Positions 40,434 to 53,577 of a stretch of DNA of 64,000 nt are shown here, in pieces (within the stretch, counting starts at the first letter, position 1; each line of letters opens with the position of its first letter). This DNA comes from Antedon mediterranea (Eukaryota > Animalia > Echinodermata), in NCBI RefSeq assembly GCF_964355755.1, contig NC_092672.1:18117237-18181236 (forward strand), read 5' to 3'. A program made the translations under genes and the position numbers. The notes beneath the pieces are model-generated. The model had not been told where the DNA came from and searched no databases. It was given only the letters and a program-made list of their open reading frames with translations.

Positions 40434-41281
40434 ATTCAAATAATTATTATTATCAGCCCCTGAGACAATTTGGTCCGGGACGATTCGGCCCTGGGACGAT
40501 TTGGCCCGGGACTATTCGGCCCGTGACGATTCGGCCCTGAAGCAGCGGTACGGGTACTGCACCAACAGGGTTGTAATTCTTAAACTACTGTGGAGTAGCT
40601 TTGCGTCAGGGAAGCTAGTCAAGTCGCCCCATCACAAAGTCGCCCCATACAAAGTCGCCCCTTACACAGTCGCCCCATCGCAAAGTCGCCCCAAAACAAA
40701 GTCGCCCCGACACAGTCGCCCCATCGCAAAGTCGCCCCATCGCAAAGTCGCCCCAACTCAAAGTCGCCCCATCGCAAAGTCGCCCCAAAACGTTAACATA
40801 GTTTTAACAAGTGCGTAAATGTCGCAATGATACACAAAATAACACGGAACGTATAAAAGGGGAAGCCCCGGTCGCGATTTTTTTTTTCGTACATAAGTTG
40901 GGGACCCCCTCATAAAACGTCACAAAATAAACATGAATAATTCATCAGTTAAATTTTCTTGTTCCGTGTGCACCCAAGCGTATAGCAACAAGAAGTGATT
41001 ACACAAGTGCGGTACGATTCTAGGCCTAATCTCCGCTGTGGTTGCCGCGTGGGATTTCATAAAAGAATAGCGGCGTTTTGTGTGGATTGTCGAAATAATC
41101 AGCCTTTAGTTTATGGTGTTTTTAATATAATTTATTACTAAAGAATTACGTGTTAAAATTATAGTTTCTATTAATACTATTAGGCCTAATTATTAGTCTC
41201 TATAAACCCATGTCTATTCTAGTAGTAGCTGTGTGGGTGTGCAGGGCCGTAGCCAGGATCTGTCAAGGGGGGGTTCGCACA

Positions 41282-42581
41282 CTAAGTATTTGGGTCACTG
41301 TTGATGATCATTGCTCTCAATCTTGTACTGTTACATGCGGGGTTCCTCAAGGAAGTATCCTTGGACCCCTTTTGTTCTTATGTTTTGTTAATGACATGGT
41401 AACTTGTATTGATCCTGATTGTAAACTCCTTCTATACGCTGATGACAGTGCAATTGTTTATTCACACAGAAATCCAGATATTATTTCTAAGAAGCTAGGG
41501 TCAACACTAGACTCCTTGTGTGATTGGCTTGTAGACAATAAGTTAACAATTAACCTGGATAAAACTGAGTGTATACTATTTGGTTCTAAGAGAAAAACTA
41601 AAAATGTTAACAATTTTAATGTCTCAACAAATGATAACAATATCAACACTAGTAATTGTGTCAAGTATCTGGGTATTGAAATAGATCAAAATTTAACGTG
41701 TTCTGAATATGCATGTAAAACCATTAAGAAAATTAATAATAGGCTTAAGTTTATGTACCGCCAACGTAAGATACTAAGTTGTAAGAATCGTAAACTATTA
41801 TGCTCTGCTCTCATCCAATGTGTTTTTGATTATGCTGCATCTTCTTGGTTCTGTGGAACCAGTAAAGCTATCCAAAGAAAACTACAAATTGCTCAAAACA
41901 AAATGGTTAGACTCATAAAAGGAGTTGAACCCAGAAGACATATAGGTGCTGATCAATTAGACGATTATGGATTGTTAAATGTAAAATATCGAGTAAAGTT
42001 CTTGCAAATTAGCCAAGTTCATAAAATATTTATGGGCAGAAGTGCTTCATACCTAAACGAAAACTTTCGTAGAGTTAATAACTTACATGGTCACTTCACT
42101 CGTGGTAGTAAACTCAATTTTGTTGTACCTAAAGTCCAAGGCATAGAATGTAATACGTTCTATTTTAATGCAATCAGAGAATGGAATAACCTTCCTGACT
42201 ATATTAAACAAATTTCCAACACATCTAAATTTAAAACTGAATTGAAACAATATTACAAAATTAAACATAGATAAATTATTATTGTGCCATTATATCAGAT
42301 GTTTTGCTTATATGCTTATATATTTATGAACCCCGTCTTATAATGTTTGTTTTGTTAAAATTATAATTACTATCTTTTTAGGGACCACATTGGAATTAAG
42401 TTGTTTTACTTTAAACGACTTTATGTGTTTTCCCGTGCATCGTCAGACTTCATTAATCCCGCCATTTTTATTTGCTTTTTTGATGTACATGTATATTAAT
42501 ATTTAAGGTGATTTTATATATTATTGATGTATTTTTAATGTTATTTATTGAGAGATGCCAAATAAATGAAAGAAAAAAAAA
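41282..42581 (+). mobile_element. 5'-truncated young L2/CR1-group LINE with uninterrupted RT C-terminal ORF, 3' UTR and A-rich tail
   Basis: GVPQGSILGPLLFLCFVNDM..LLLYADDS..KYLG..WNNLP, stop at 42274, then aaataaatgaaagaaaaaaaaa. Confidence 0.9.
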
Positions 42582-42686
42582 CACCCCCACCCCCATACCA
42601 TAATCCTCTATGATACATTATACTTCATATCCACACATAAATACTGATGTATGTCGGAAGGCTATATACTTTATGCATGCTGCCTG

Positions 42687-44255
42687 CAGGGGAGGCGCCA
42701 GGATCTTCCCGACGTGGGGGCTACATTCCCCGACGAGGGGGCTATGCGAGCGAAGCGAGCATCACTAGGCTGGGGCCAGGGGGCCGCCAAGGGCCCCCGG
42801 TGGGGTCCAGGGGGCGAATCCCCCGGAAGCAACGCGTTCTGGCGTCATTTGAGGTCATTTTAATCAGATTTAGGGTAGCCATTTCTTATAATGCATAAAT
42901 AAAATACTGCGTGCAAAAAAACGATGCGCGATTACTGTTTCAATCCATATTTTTCAATTTAAAAAATAAAAGTTCAAAGAAAATTTAGAAAAATAGAGTT
43001 GGAGGTCCCGGAAATTGGACTTATTATACTTCAAAACATGAAACAAAATATATAAGTCCCTATCATGGTTGTGACTGAGCTAAGAAATGTTTGAAAAATA
43101 GAGATGTTAGGTCCCGGAAAATGCACTTCTTGTACTTCGAAATATGACCAGCTTTATTGTTGGGGCTGAGCTAAGAAAATGTTTAAAACTAGAGCTGCAG
43201 GTCTTCAAAAAATTGCATTTTATACTTTGGAAACATCAGGCCTAGAGGCTTAAAAAACGCAAGCGTAGACCTTTTTTAGTCGGGGAAATAAGTTTATTCC
43301 TCCCAAGTGTATGCGTGCGTACCATCTGGACTTCCGAGTGGTGAGAAATTCATGACATACAGGACATTGAAAATGTAATAACTTAGCTATAATAAGATGT
43401 TGGCTAAGCGAAAATGGCATGTTTTTTTTATTTAGTAATGGATGAAAAATTTATTTTAGGTGCCCCACGGTACAGAAGGTTACTTGTAAATTAAAAAATT
43501 GGTGACCATACGAACAATTAACATAATTCGTTTTTGCTGTGTGTAGCGTACGTCGACGCAGTACACGACGTAACCGTCGGTAAACTTCGCCTGGAAAATA
43601 ACTACAGTACACTTTTTGGTCCCTGAATGGAACATGATATCACGCGTCTCGACCCAACATTGAACGATTCGTACAAAGGGATACCGCCAGACAAGTGCGA
43701 ACCTAGCTATTGTTTAGTAGTAAGTTAGATCGCTGGCAATAATGAATGCATATAAAGTGCATAATATCACTCTGACGTACTCTCACGGTCAATGAAACGT
43801 CGCGGTTTTCTTGGCGCTGAAGCTAGAGCTACGAAGTGAACGCGAACGCTTTTTACTGTATATTATATTCCCCGACAAAAAGTACCCGTGTTCCCTTCGG
43901 TAACCATCGGTAAACTTCGCCTGGAAAATAACTACATTACACATTTTGGTCCCTGGATGGAACTTGATATCACGCGTCTCGACCCAACGTTGAACGATTC
44001 GTACAAAGGGATACCGCCAGACAAGTGCGTACCTAGCTAATGTTTAGTATAGTAAGTTAGATCGCTGGCAATAATGAATGTCAATGGAACGTCGTGGTTT
44101 TCTAGGCGCTGAGGCTGTATGAAGTGAACGCGAACGTTTTTTTACTGTATATTATTATTCCCCGACAAAAAGTACCCGTGTTCCCCGACGGGGGGGCTAG
44201 GCTCCCCGACGAGGGGGATAGAGCCCCCGTAGCCCCCCCGCTGGCGCCACCACTG
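42687..44255. mobile_element. hAT non-autonomous element with 8-bp TSD and an internal ~300-bp duplication (43571-43895 and 43901-44185)
   Basis: CAGGGGAGGCGCCAG ... CTGGCGCCACCACTG. Exact TSD GCTGCCTG at 42679-42686 and 44256-44263. Confidence 0.85.
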
Positions 44256-45393
44256 GCTGCCTGACTGCCAGTGATCTAAACAATTGGTACGCAGTTGTCT
44301 GGCGGTGTCCTTTGTACGAATCGTTCGTCCCCCAGCTCGCTGTGAGACGCGTCAATATCATGTTACATGAGGGACCAAACATTTGTTTTTCAGGTTAAAA
44401 TCGGCAATTCATTTGCAACTCTTTACAGACTATATCACTCGAAGTACGCTCATACAGGGAAGAAGGTACTGTATGAGTTATTCCGAACGAGTTCACGAAT
44501 TTTTTAATTTACGAACAACTTTTTGTACTGTGGGGCACGTATTTGGACGATTTTCGCAGATGAGGGTGAGGTATTGGGCATTTCGGGGATGGGGGTTCGC
44601 AGTCGGTTAAGGGGGGTTCGCTGTAAATCGCTGTTCGCCCGAACCATAAAAACCCCCCCTGGCTACGGGCCTGGTGTGTTTGACGTGTGTGTGTTAGGTA
44701 TGACCAAAGATAGTTACACTATCTTTGGTATGACACAATCCGAGTAATAAGTCAGCAAAATTAAACAATAAACATTACACAAAAATACATTTTTTATTCT
44801 CGTGGGTCAAATCTTCCCATCTCATGTGTTCATATACGCGCATTTTTAAAGTTCCTTTGAGTACATGCATATTGTTTGATAATAAAATAGCAGAAAAAAA
44901 AAATACAGTACACAAATTATACACATTCTTTATTCTTGTGGGTCTAAACTTTCTTTGGGCTATGTCCAATGAATTACTACTTAGAATGTCTTGCCTAGCT
45001 GTCGATTAGCCTCGACTCGACACATTTTGTGTGAAGAGTGCGTGAAGGCAATCACGTGAATTGACTTAGAATCCTAGGCCTACTGTAGAAAGTATCGTGT
45101 CGCAGTTGTGTATAATCACTTCTTGTTGCTATACGCTTGGGTGCACACGGAACAACAAATTTAACTGATGAATTATTCATGTTTATTTTGTGACGTTTCA
45201 TCAGGGGGTCCCCAACTTATGTACGAAAAAAAAAATCGCGCCCCGGTCGCCATGTAGTCTCAGGTCACACGATCGGCACGCTCCCCCCCCCCCCCCCCCA
45301 TCATCAGAGAGGACGACAGTCAATCCGCGGTTGCACTAACGTGCTAGCTCACAAGAGGGAAACCCCCGTAATTACTCCGCCGTTGTCGCACTA

Positions 45394-46188
45394 AAGCCGG
45401 TGTTTTCCTGTCGACGTTATTCGACGCTATCGTTAACAAAAATCGGCGATCTTCTACGTAAACATTAACATTTTAACGATTTACAGGAAAAGGTACTTTT
45501 TTAACTAACGACGACGATACAAAATGTCGGCGATTTACAGGAAAAGGTGTAATAATCGACGGTAATCGACGCTACAAGTCGCGATCGTTGACAATCGCAA
45601 GAGTTGAATCCAGTTCAACTCTAGCGATATCGCAACGCTAAAACGTAAGAACTGACCAATCATCATGGCGATACAGCACATGACGTCACATAATTGATGG
45701 CAAATTCTGCTTTTCAATTCACATTTATTTACTCATCGTTACTTACTACATTTATTTTTGTTGCATCGCGGCGCGGTCAAAGCTAGGCCTAGCCTTACCA
45801 AAGTTACTATAAAATGATGTTCCGGAAAGTAAGTGCGGGAATATTAGGTAGGTCAAAGTCTTCAGCCTAGTCCAAAATGCTATTTGGACTAGGATAGGCC
45901 TACTGAAAACGAAGAACCATCTGTATAGAGATATTAGTATGCCTAGGCCCACGTGTCCTACACTGTGAGCCTACTGCTAGAGGCAGGGGAGTCCTCTATT
46001 CATTTTTGCGCGTTACGACGACGTCGAGAAAGAAGACCGGAGTTTCAACTCTAACGTTCAACGCTAGAAATTAAATGTTCGCGCGATCGTTAACATTTCA
46101 ACTTGATCGTTTTCAAACGATCGTCGTTGAACTTTTAACGATTAACGATGATAGCGTCGACTACTAACGTCGACAGGAAAACAGGCTT
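45394..46188. mobile_element. MITE (Harbinger-like) with ~25-bp TIRs and CG-rich subterminal motifs
   Basis: AAGCC(GG)TGTTTTCCTGTCGACGTTA ... TAACGTCGACAGGAAAACAGGCTT with TA flanks. Confidence 0.7.
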
Positions 46189-47302
46189 TACGCACCATCT
46201 GAAGATTGGGAAACCACGCCGGAGTTTTACGATATCAGTCGCGTTTGAAATCGGTCGCGTTTAATCTTGGTCGCGTTTAATTTTGGTCGCGATAAAAATA
46301 ATGATGTTACGATCTAGGATTATTTTTACTTTGGTCGATGAATATTTATTATTATATTATTAGGCCTATATTAATAATTGATTTTTTTTATTTTACAGGT
46401 CTATGATGAGAAAGATGTGTGCCTTAAAAAATGACAATTTGTAAACATAGTTTAAGATTATTTTTATAGTATTATTCGGCATAATGTCATTTAACAGTAC
46501 ATAATATTTAAATGTGAAATATTTTATAGGAAACGCTACGTCAGTGTCTTTTATTTTATATGCAACAAATTACGTAAAACAATTTATTTATAAAGATTCA
46601 GTTTACTATTAGTATTACAATGAACATTGATTATAAGCCTGGAAAGGCAACTGTCTTGTTTGATTTCAAATTAAATAAACACCCGATATGAGGATATATT
46701 TATAAGGCATGATAATTAGAATGTTCTATAACCAAAAGGGTTGAAAAGAATGTCTTACAGTAAAATGATAATTGTGCTGTTGAATAAAAGGCGACTCCAA
46801 TCTGAAACAAACCGGAGCAGCTGCGCCTTCTGGCATCTGTTACGTCTTTCTGCTGACCGTCTGTTTTAAAAACACCGAAACAACGATACTGTACGATGGT
46901 TTTTCCAACTATTTTTTTAATGATTAATTATGTATTATAATAGGATAAACATTATAATGTATACGACATTTAGCGCGACCAAAGTAACAACGTGATCGAT
47001 ACCAAACGCAACCGATATGATTAAAATAGCGTAGGCCTACTAGTAGCGGCGGCGCTTCATAGTCATACCGAAATAAAACCGTGGGCGACTTTGCGATGGG
47101 GCGACTTTGCGATGGGGCGACTTTGCGATGGGGCGACTTTGCGATGGGGCGACTTTGCGTTGGGGCGACTTTGCGATCGGGCGACTTTGTATGGGGCGAC
47201 TTTGCGATTGGGCGACTTGACTGGATCCCTTTAGTAATTGGTCAGTTGTTTTGCCCTACTCTGCTTTCTATATATTATCTATGTAACTAAAAATCATAGA
47301 GG

Positions 47303-48165
47303 TGTCACGATGAATATGGTCCGGGGCCAAAATCGGTCCGGCCGGACCAGTTTTGGCTCTAAAATTGTGGTCAAAAACAGTCCGCCACTGCCAAAATCGG
47401 TCCGGGCTTTTCTTCTGTCGATTTTAATTGAATTACTAGGCCTATGATGCTGTTTTAAGTTGTTTATGGCTAGAAAAATATCCCATGATATATATTAGTA
47501 AGTTATCTTGTCGGATAAATACTATAAATAAATGTATTTTATCTAAAAACATAACTTAGGTGTTCACTCATATTTGGACCTGCCACACACTCACATGAAC
47601 GGGTATGAGACGCTGATATTGCCAGCTATATTTTATTTATGATTGAGGCCTTTTCCTTCCTCCTCAGCCTAATCAATATTGGATAATTGTTTTATAATAA
47701 TTGTATTGAATTGATATATTGAGTGATAAATAAATGATTTAAAATTAAATTGTTTTTAACATCATGGGGAAACGAAGATGTTAAAAAAGAACAAAATGGA
47801 TTAAAAACAGGCAGAGATACATATTGTATACAAAAAGCCTAACAATTAGTACTTATTATTGATGAGTTAATACTAATAATGATAAAAAAAAACAGGCTTA
47901 ATTTATAATATTAAAATAACAAATAAAACCCCATAGTTTTCAATATAATGACTAATCATGGCCTTTTTTTAATGATATATGCATTGTGAATCATTTTGCG
48001 CACCATATTTGTAAGACCGGACCATATTTGGCGGCCAAAAACAGTCCTACTACCAGTTTTGGTCCGGCCGGACAGGTTTTGGCAGCCATAAATGGTCCCC
48101 CAGACTGATTTTGGCAGCCAAAACTGGTCCGCCGGACTTTGGCCCGGACTGATTTTGGTGTGACA
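47303..48165. mobile_element. Ginger2/TDD-like non-autonomous element (TGT...ACA) with GGTCCGGCCGGACC subterminal repeats
   Basis: TGTCAC ... GTGACA ends. Flanks GAGG and GAGC give a 4-bp TSD with one mismatch. Confidence 0.65.
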
Positions 48166-48731
48166 GAGCCTTGATATAATTGGTGTCAAAATTGATCAGA
48201 ACAGACATATTTATACTATTTTGGAAAACGCAAGGTTTTTCCTTTGACACGATGTCTATGCAGACCCTGTAATATAGGCTACAGATAGGCCTACAGGATC
48301 TTGAAGAAGACAAATGACAAAACAATGGCCATAGGCTACTGAATCTAGCATATGAGCGGGACAAAATTGTAGGCAAAGGTTTTTTAATTTTAAATGAATG
48401 TACTCCTGATCACGTACAACAAATCAACCCCTCCGTCATCCATCGCCTTCATATGCAAATGAGCATATATCGGGGCATATTATGTAAATTATATATAAAA
48501 CCCATATTTTCACGATATCTCCAAAACTAATAATCACTTTATTACATTTTTTGTAGCACACCCTATGTTTTCATATCCAATGAACACATTCAAAGCATTT
48601 TCAGATACCATATAATACCGTAACAATTACCGATAATGATAATAATACCATTTCGCTGACAACCATTAAACGTCGCGCGCACAACTGAAATAGAAACGCG
48701 CGATAGACACCTTACAAATACACGCCTAGTG

Positions 48732-49433
48732 AAACAAGGCCATATAGATGGCTGTAGTCGCGTGCTCATTAGTGTTTACCGACCAACCAACCAACCTACC
48801 AACTGACCGAAATTACTGAACATGTTTAAAAATGTTGAAATGTTTAAAAACATTTATATTTTTTTAATTTACACGTGCGTAGCCTGTCACTTTTGACGTG
48901 CGTAATTTCGAGTTGAAAAGTAAGTCAAGAAAACAGAAATCGGGCAAAAAGAGTGCGCAATAGCATTTAACGCGCAGTGCGCGCGCAAAGATCTGCGCAC
49001 TCATGGCAATTTTGTAAACGCTTAAAATTGCCTGAAATGTACTCTTATTTCATCGAAAATAAATGTTGAAAATGTTAAGCGCGCGTACGCATGCGTTACA
49101 TGTGCTACGCACGTAATTGTATTGCCATATGATGATTTATGCCCTGAAATTTATGAGTACCAAATTTTATTTAATTGTGATTCATGGTTGTGAAGATATG
49201 ATTACAAACGTGATTTCGTTAAATCGTGCGTAGACCGCGTAATTTTTTATTGCGCACCGTGAAAACATAACCACATCGATTCCTGGCCATAAGGAATATA
49301 CTGTGAAAAATTGACTTAGCTAGATTAAACTGATATCAAGATAAGGTCAGAAAGCGATAAAACGCATAGTGATACCGGACTGACAGACCAACCGACATAG
49401 TGAACTATAGAGTCACGTCCACGCGATTAAAAA
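48732..49433 (-). mobile_element. HINE/DINE-like (Helentron-associated) element; short copy at ~56390-56468
   Basis: aacaaggccatata..gtagtcgcgtg, (ACCR)n microsatellite, and terminal agagtcacgtccacgcgattaaaaa palindrome. Confidence 0.65.
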
Positions 49434-51510
49434 TCAATAACGACGTAAACGGTACCGGAGCAATCCATAAAGGTATCGCGTCCGGCAAGAGTACTGTGAA
49501 TCAGCAGCATAGGCCTTGTCGACAACATATTACTGCTGAACAACGTCAGAAGTGATTAGGATGGTCAAAACATTAACGAAAAGCTTAATAATGTAAGTGA
49601 ACAGAGATTAGCTGATCAAGTACGTAAGATTAAAATGAAAAAGTATCTAGAGAATGTGGAACAACAAGAAATAGCACTCAAAATAAAAAATGAAAACCAA
49701 CAGTTAAATCAAACTGTTATAGTAGCGTCAAATAGAGAAACATCATCTAAAAGCCCAAGTAACATATTAGGCGAAGATCAACATTATACATTACTTGAAC
49801 CTTATAGAAACGAAAGCAATATTATTACCAATAATGAAGTCGTATAATAGAGCAAAGTTAATATCAGAGGTTAAAAATGAAGCCGTGGAAATGATTGAAA
49901 CTCGAAATATCACAGATCTAAATTCATTAATGTACGCAGCTGCTTATGTCACAACTGAAAACATGGGAATGTTAACAAAACGAAGGGAAAGAAAAGTATA
50001 TGAACCATTCTTGAAACCATTCTTGAAACGGAGAATAAAACAAAGTATTGAAACATGAAGAAAAGCTCTCAGCAAGATCAAGGAAAGCCGAAAAGGAAAC
50101 ATGAGATTAAAACACAAAGAAAGAAAAAGATCGATTGAATAGAAAATACAGCCTCGAAGAGAAAGGCACTTTGCAAGTTTCAGACATATTAAAGCAGAAA
50201 ATCAAGGCAGGAGATATGATGAAAGATGTCAACAGTTTAAACAGAACCGCCAATTTAAAACAAACCAGAAATGGTTTTATCAAACTCTGGATGGAAGGGA
50301 AAAAAAGAGGCATAACAACCTGACCCAATTGAGGTAGGTTCATTTTGGAGAAAAATTTGGTCGGAAGATATTAAGCACAATGAGTGTGCTTATTGGCTAG
50401 AAGAAGAAGGGTTCAGTACAATTGAAATACAAGATGATATCAAATCACTATGGTAGATATCAAAATAGCAGTTAATAAAATAGCAAATTGGAAGGCAGTT
50501 CGACCTGAACTAGTCCAGGGACACTGGTTTAAAAGGGAAGAACAGTATTAATTCAGAAAAATAATTATCGCCATATTGCCTGTCTGCCAATAATGTGGAA
50601 ACTACTCACTGGAATCTTGGGAGAAAAGTAGTACTAGCACCTTGATAGGAACAACATTCTACCTGATGAGCAAAAAGGTTGCAGAAAGAGAAGACGAGGA
50701 ACAAAGGACCATTTATTGGTAGACAAGGCGATTCTAAAAAATTCCCGAATAAGACTGACTAACTTGTCAATGGCGTGGGTAGATTATAAAAAAGCGTACG
50801 ACATGGTACCACATTCGTGGATTCTCAAATGCTTAGAGATATGAGCAAGTTGACATCAAAAGAGGAATTTTCCAAAGAGACTCGCTATCACCGTTACTGT
50901 TTGTCTTAATCATGCTGCCACTGACCTTTGTATTACGGAAGGTGAGAGCTGGTTATAAATTTGAAAAGGGCATGAAACATGTTAACCATCTTTTGTTCAT
51001 AGATGATCTAAAATTGTATGGATCTAATAACGACCAACTAGACTCACTTGTACAGGCTGTAAGGGTATTTTCACGAGATATTAGAATGTCGTTTGGTCTT
51101 GACAAGTGTGCGGTTCCAGAATTAAAGAGAGGTAGACAGGTTGGCTGTAATGGGTTAGATTTGTTAGATGGTGAACATATCAGAGAGGTTGGAGAAGACG
51201 GCTACAAATACCTTGGTATATTGCAGCTGGATAAGATTCTGAATGCTAAGATGAAAGACAAGATCACATCTGAGATATAAAGAGAGTTAAAAACTATGTA
51301 AATCTAAACTAAATGGGGGAAACATGATAAGTGGCGTCAACGCATGGGCTGTTAGTGTGTTACGCTACAGTGCAGGGATAATTGATTGGTCTTTGGAAGA
51401 GCTGGGCAACATCGGCAGACGAACTAGAAAAGTTATGGCAATGAACGGAAGTATGCATACCAGAAGTAATGTCATGAGACTATATTTACCGCGGAAGGTC
51501 TTTTTTTAGT
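49434..51510 (+). mobile_element. Degraded R4/Dong-like non-LTR retrotransposon (RT pseudogene)
   Basis: Frameshifted motifs [90 protein letters not shown]. Confidence 0.8.
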
Positions 51511-52709
51511 CTCAGCAGCCGGTCAACCATATCGAATGATTGCGTTAGTTTTAATTAATTACACATATTCTTTGAACAGAATGGTCAATATTGACCCATC
51601 AATGTTTATCATTCTGTTAAGACATCAATCAATCATACACAATCAAAAGAGCACATTCATCATTACACCAGTTGACATAGGTCAAAGGTCAACACTTTTA
51701 CAAGTGATATGCTAAATAATTCAAAGATACTCAAATTATAAGATCGATGGTCATAAAGATAATCACGTTATTTGTGAAGTTATGTTATTTTGATATTTTT
51801 TCTAGTGCGCATTATTTTTAATGTATTATAATACTGTAAAATAAATAATAACATTAATATTATGACTGTTAAATTTAAAGTGTTATGATGTCAAATGTGA
51901 CGCTGACCTTCAATGATTTACCACTACACAGTTGCATTTATTAGAGCTACAATATTCGTAAACTACTATTCATCAGAATCAGGGAATACCAGTTTATCCA
52001 CAGGATAGGGCATAGGCAGATCCAGGTGGCCCAGCCCACCCTCATCCTCCCACCTTTAATTTTAATTCACATTCTAAGACTCTGGCAATTCACTGATCCC
52101 CATCTTTTTCTATTTAATAATCTTGGATTCGTCACTATGTGTTTGTCTTTTCATTGTCAAGTTCTGAAAATACTGTATGTTTCAAATATGTCAATGATTA
52201 CCTTTCATAAGGGACCATCTGGATCCATTTTGAAAATATTAAGAGAATATTGCCTGTTTCCCTAGTTGACGACACATTTACTCAGATCTATAATCTTGGT
52301 CAATAATGCTATATATTTTACTTTTATTGGCTAATAAAAACTGGAATCCACAACTCACTACACAGACGGATCACAATTTTTATATGAGTCTCGATATGGT
52401 TGCTAGCCACAGATAGTTTTCCTGTGCATGGTGTAGTACACATTTTTACTCGGGGTACCCGAGTCTAGGACTTACTCATTTTCTCCTCCACCATCTGGAC
52501 ACTATTGAGTAAAAAGTGCGATTTTTAAAGTACTACTCCTCCATTATTAGTTGTAGTATTGAGCTGGGATTTGGCATGAATATACTACAGGGACATGTCC
52601 TCAAAGCTATAGAGCCGGATTTTTAATTTTTTGTTAATTAATTTGTTTAATTAAGAAGCCACAATGTGTGACACACACCACAGCGTTATGTAGTTATATG
52701 GTTATATGC

Positions 52710-52782
52710 GGCTTCTTGGCGTAGTGGTTATCATGTTTGCTTAACACGCAGAAGGTACCTGGTTCGAGCCCGGACGAAACCT
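52710..52782 (+). tRNA. tRNA-Val(AAC)-like, probable pseudogene
   Basis: TGGCGTAGTGGTTATCA, TTTGC-TTAACAC-GCAGA, GGTTCGAGCCC, then a T-run; acceptor-stem mismatches. Confidence 0.65.
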
Positions 52783-52998
52783 TTTTTTTTTAAACTTTAT
52801 GGTGAAAAGTACTGTATACGCAATATGATAATTATACACAGTATATCTTATTTTTATTATTTTTTTAAATACTTATTTTGTGTAATCGGTAATTATCACT
52901 TTTACACATGTTTATTTTTCTTTGTGCTTATTACCATATTTATTTGTAATTTAAATGGATTAAAAAACTTTCTGTAACCCACATTTTTAGTGTAAGTG

Positions 52999-53070
52999 GG
53001 TTTCGTAGTGTAGTGATTGTCAAGTCTGCTTAACACGCAGAAGGTCCCGGTTAGAGCCCTGGCGAAACCT
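52999..53070 (+). tRNA. tRNA-Val(AAC)-like, probable pseudogene
   Basis: GGTTTCG/CGAAACC acceptor stem and TCTGC-TTAACAC-GCAGA; B-box mutated (GGTTAGAG). Confidence 0.6.
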
Positions 53071-53220
53071 ATTTTTCTTTAACTTTAACTGTATACGTCT
53101 GTATACAGCTTTTTTCTCTGTACCCCGAGTATTGCACATTCGTGCTTTTTTGTTAATTAATTTGTTTAATTAAGAAGCCACAATGTGTGACACACACCAC
53201 AGCGTTATGTAGTTATATGC

Positions 53221-53293
53221 GGATTCTTGGCGTAGTGGTTATCACGTTTGCTTAACACGCAGAAGGTACCTGGTTCGAGCCCGGGCTAAACCT
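53221..53293 (+). tRNA. tRNA-Val(AAC)-like, probable pseudogene
   Basis: Duplicate of 52710-52782. Confidence 0.6.
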
Positions 53294-53505
53294 TTTTTTT
53301 TAAACTTTACGGTGAAAAGTACTGTATACGCAATATGATAATTATACAGAGTATATCTTATTTTTATTATTTTTTAAAATACTTATTTTGTGTAATCGGT
53401 AATTATCACTTTTACACATGTTTATTTTGCTTTGTGCTTATTACCATTTATTTGTAATTTAAATGGATTAAAAAACTTTCTGTAACCCACATTTTTAATG
53501 TAAGA

Positions 53506-53577
53506 GGATTCGTAGTGTAGTGGTTGTCAAGTCTGCTTAACACGCAGAAGGTCCCGGTTCGAGCCCTGGCGAAACCT
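53506..53577 (+). tRNA. tRNA-Val(AAC)-like, probable pseudogene
   Basis: Duplicate of 52999-53070 with an intact B-box GGTTCGAGCCC. Confidence 0.6.

Larger units (their letters stand above)
41242..44673. mobile_element. hAT-like non-autonomous element with apparent 5-bp TSD
   Basis: CAGGGCCGTAGCCAG ... CTGGCTACGGGCCTG with GTGTG on both flanks. Confidence 0.75.
40874..45239. mobile_element. Mutator-like (MULE) non-autonomous element with ~150-bp TIRs and 9-bp TSD
   Basis: GCGATTTTTTTTTTCGTACATAAGTTGGG... is inverted at 45075-45239. TSD GCCCCGGTC at 40865-40873 and 45240-45248. Confidence 0.85.
40609..47229. mobile_element. Element bounded by inverted arrays of AAAGTCGCCCC repeats (40609-40790 and 47081-47229); outer shell of a nested TE stack
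   Basis: Left end GGGAAGCTAGTCAAGTCGCCCC, right end GGGCGACTTGACTGGATCCC. No TSD was found, so pairing of the two ends is uncertain. Confidence 0.6.

Noticed and set aside
39833-40540. RABEP1 exon 1 captured inside a single transposon
   Set aside because: The flanking repeat arrays belong to elements extending away from the exon. The 40453-40540 array lacks a true terminus and there is no TSD.
40501-40818. ORFs with KSP/VAP repeats (also 47081-47290 and 47956-48376)
   Set aside because: They are translations of transposon subterminal repeats.
41210-42274. 354-aa ORF as a host gene or retron/DGR-type RT
   Set aside because: The N-terminus is chance read-through from TIR sequence. The remainder is a 5'-truncated LINE RT with an A-rich tail.
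45165-45204. Hammerhead ribozyme core (CTGATGA on both strands)
   Set aside because: No stem II plus GAAA arrangement could be built; the sequence is part of the MULE TIR.
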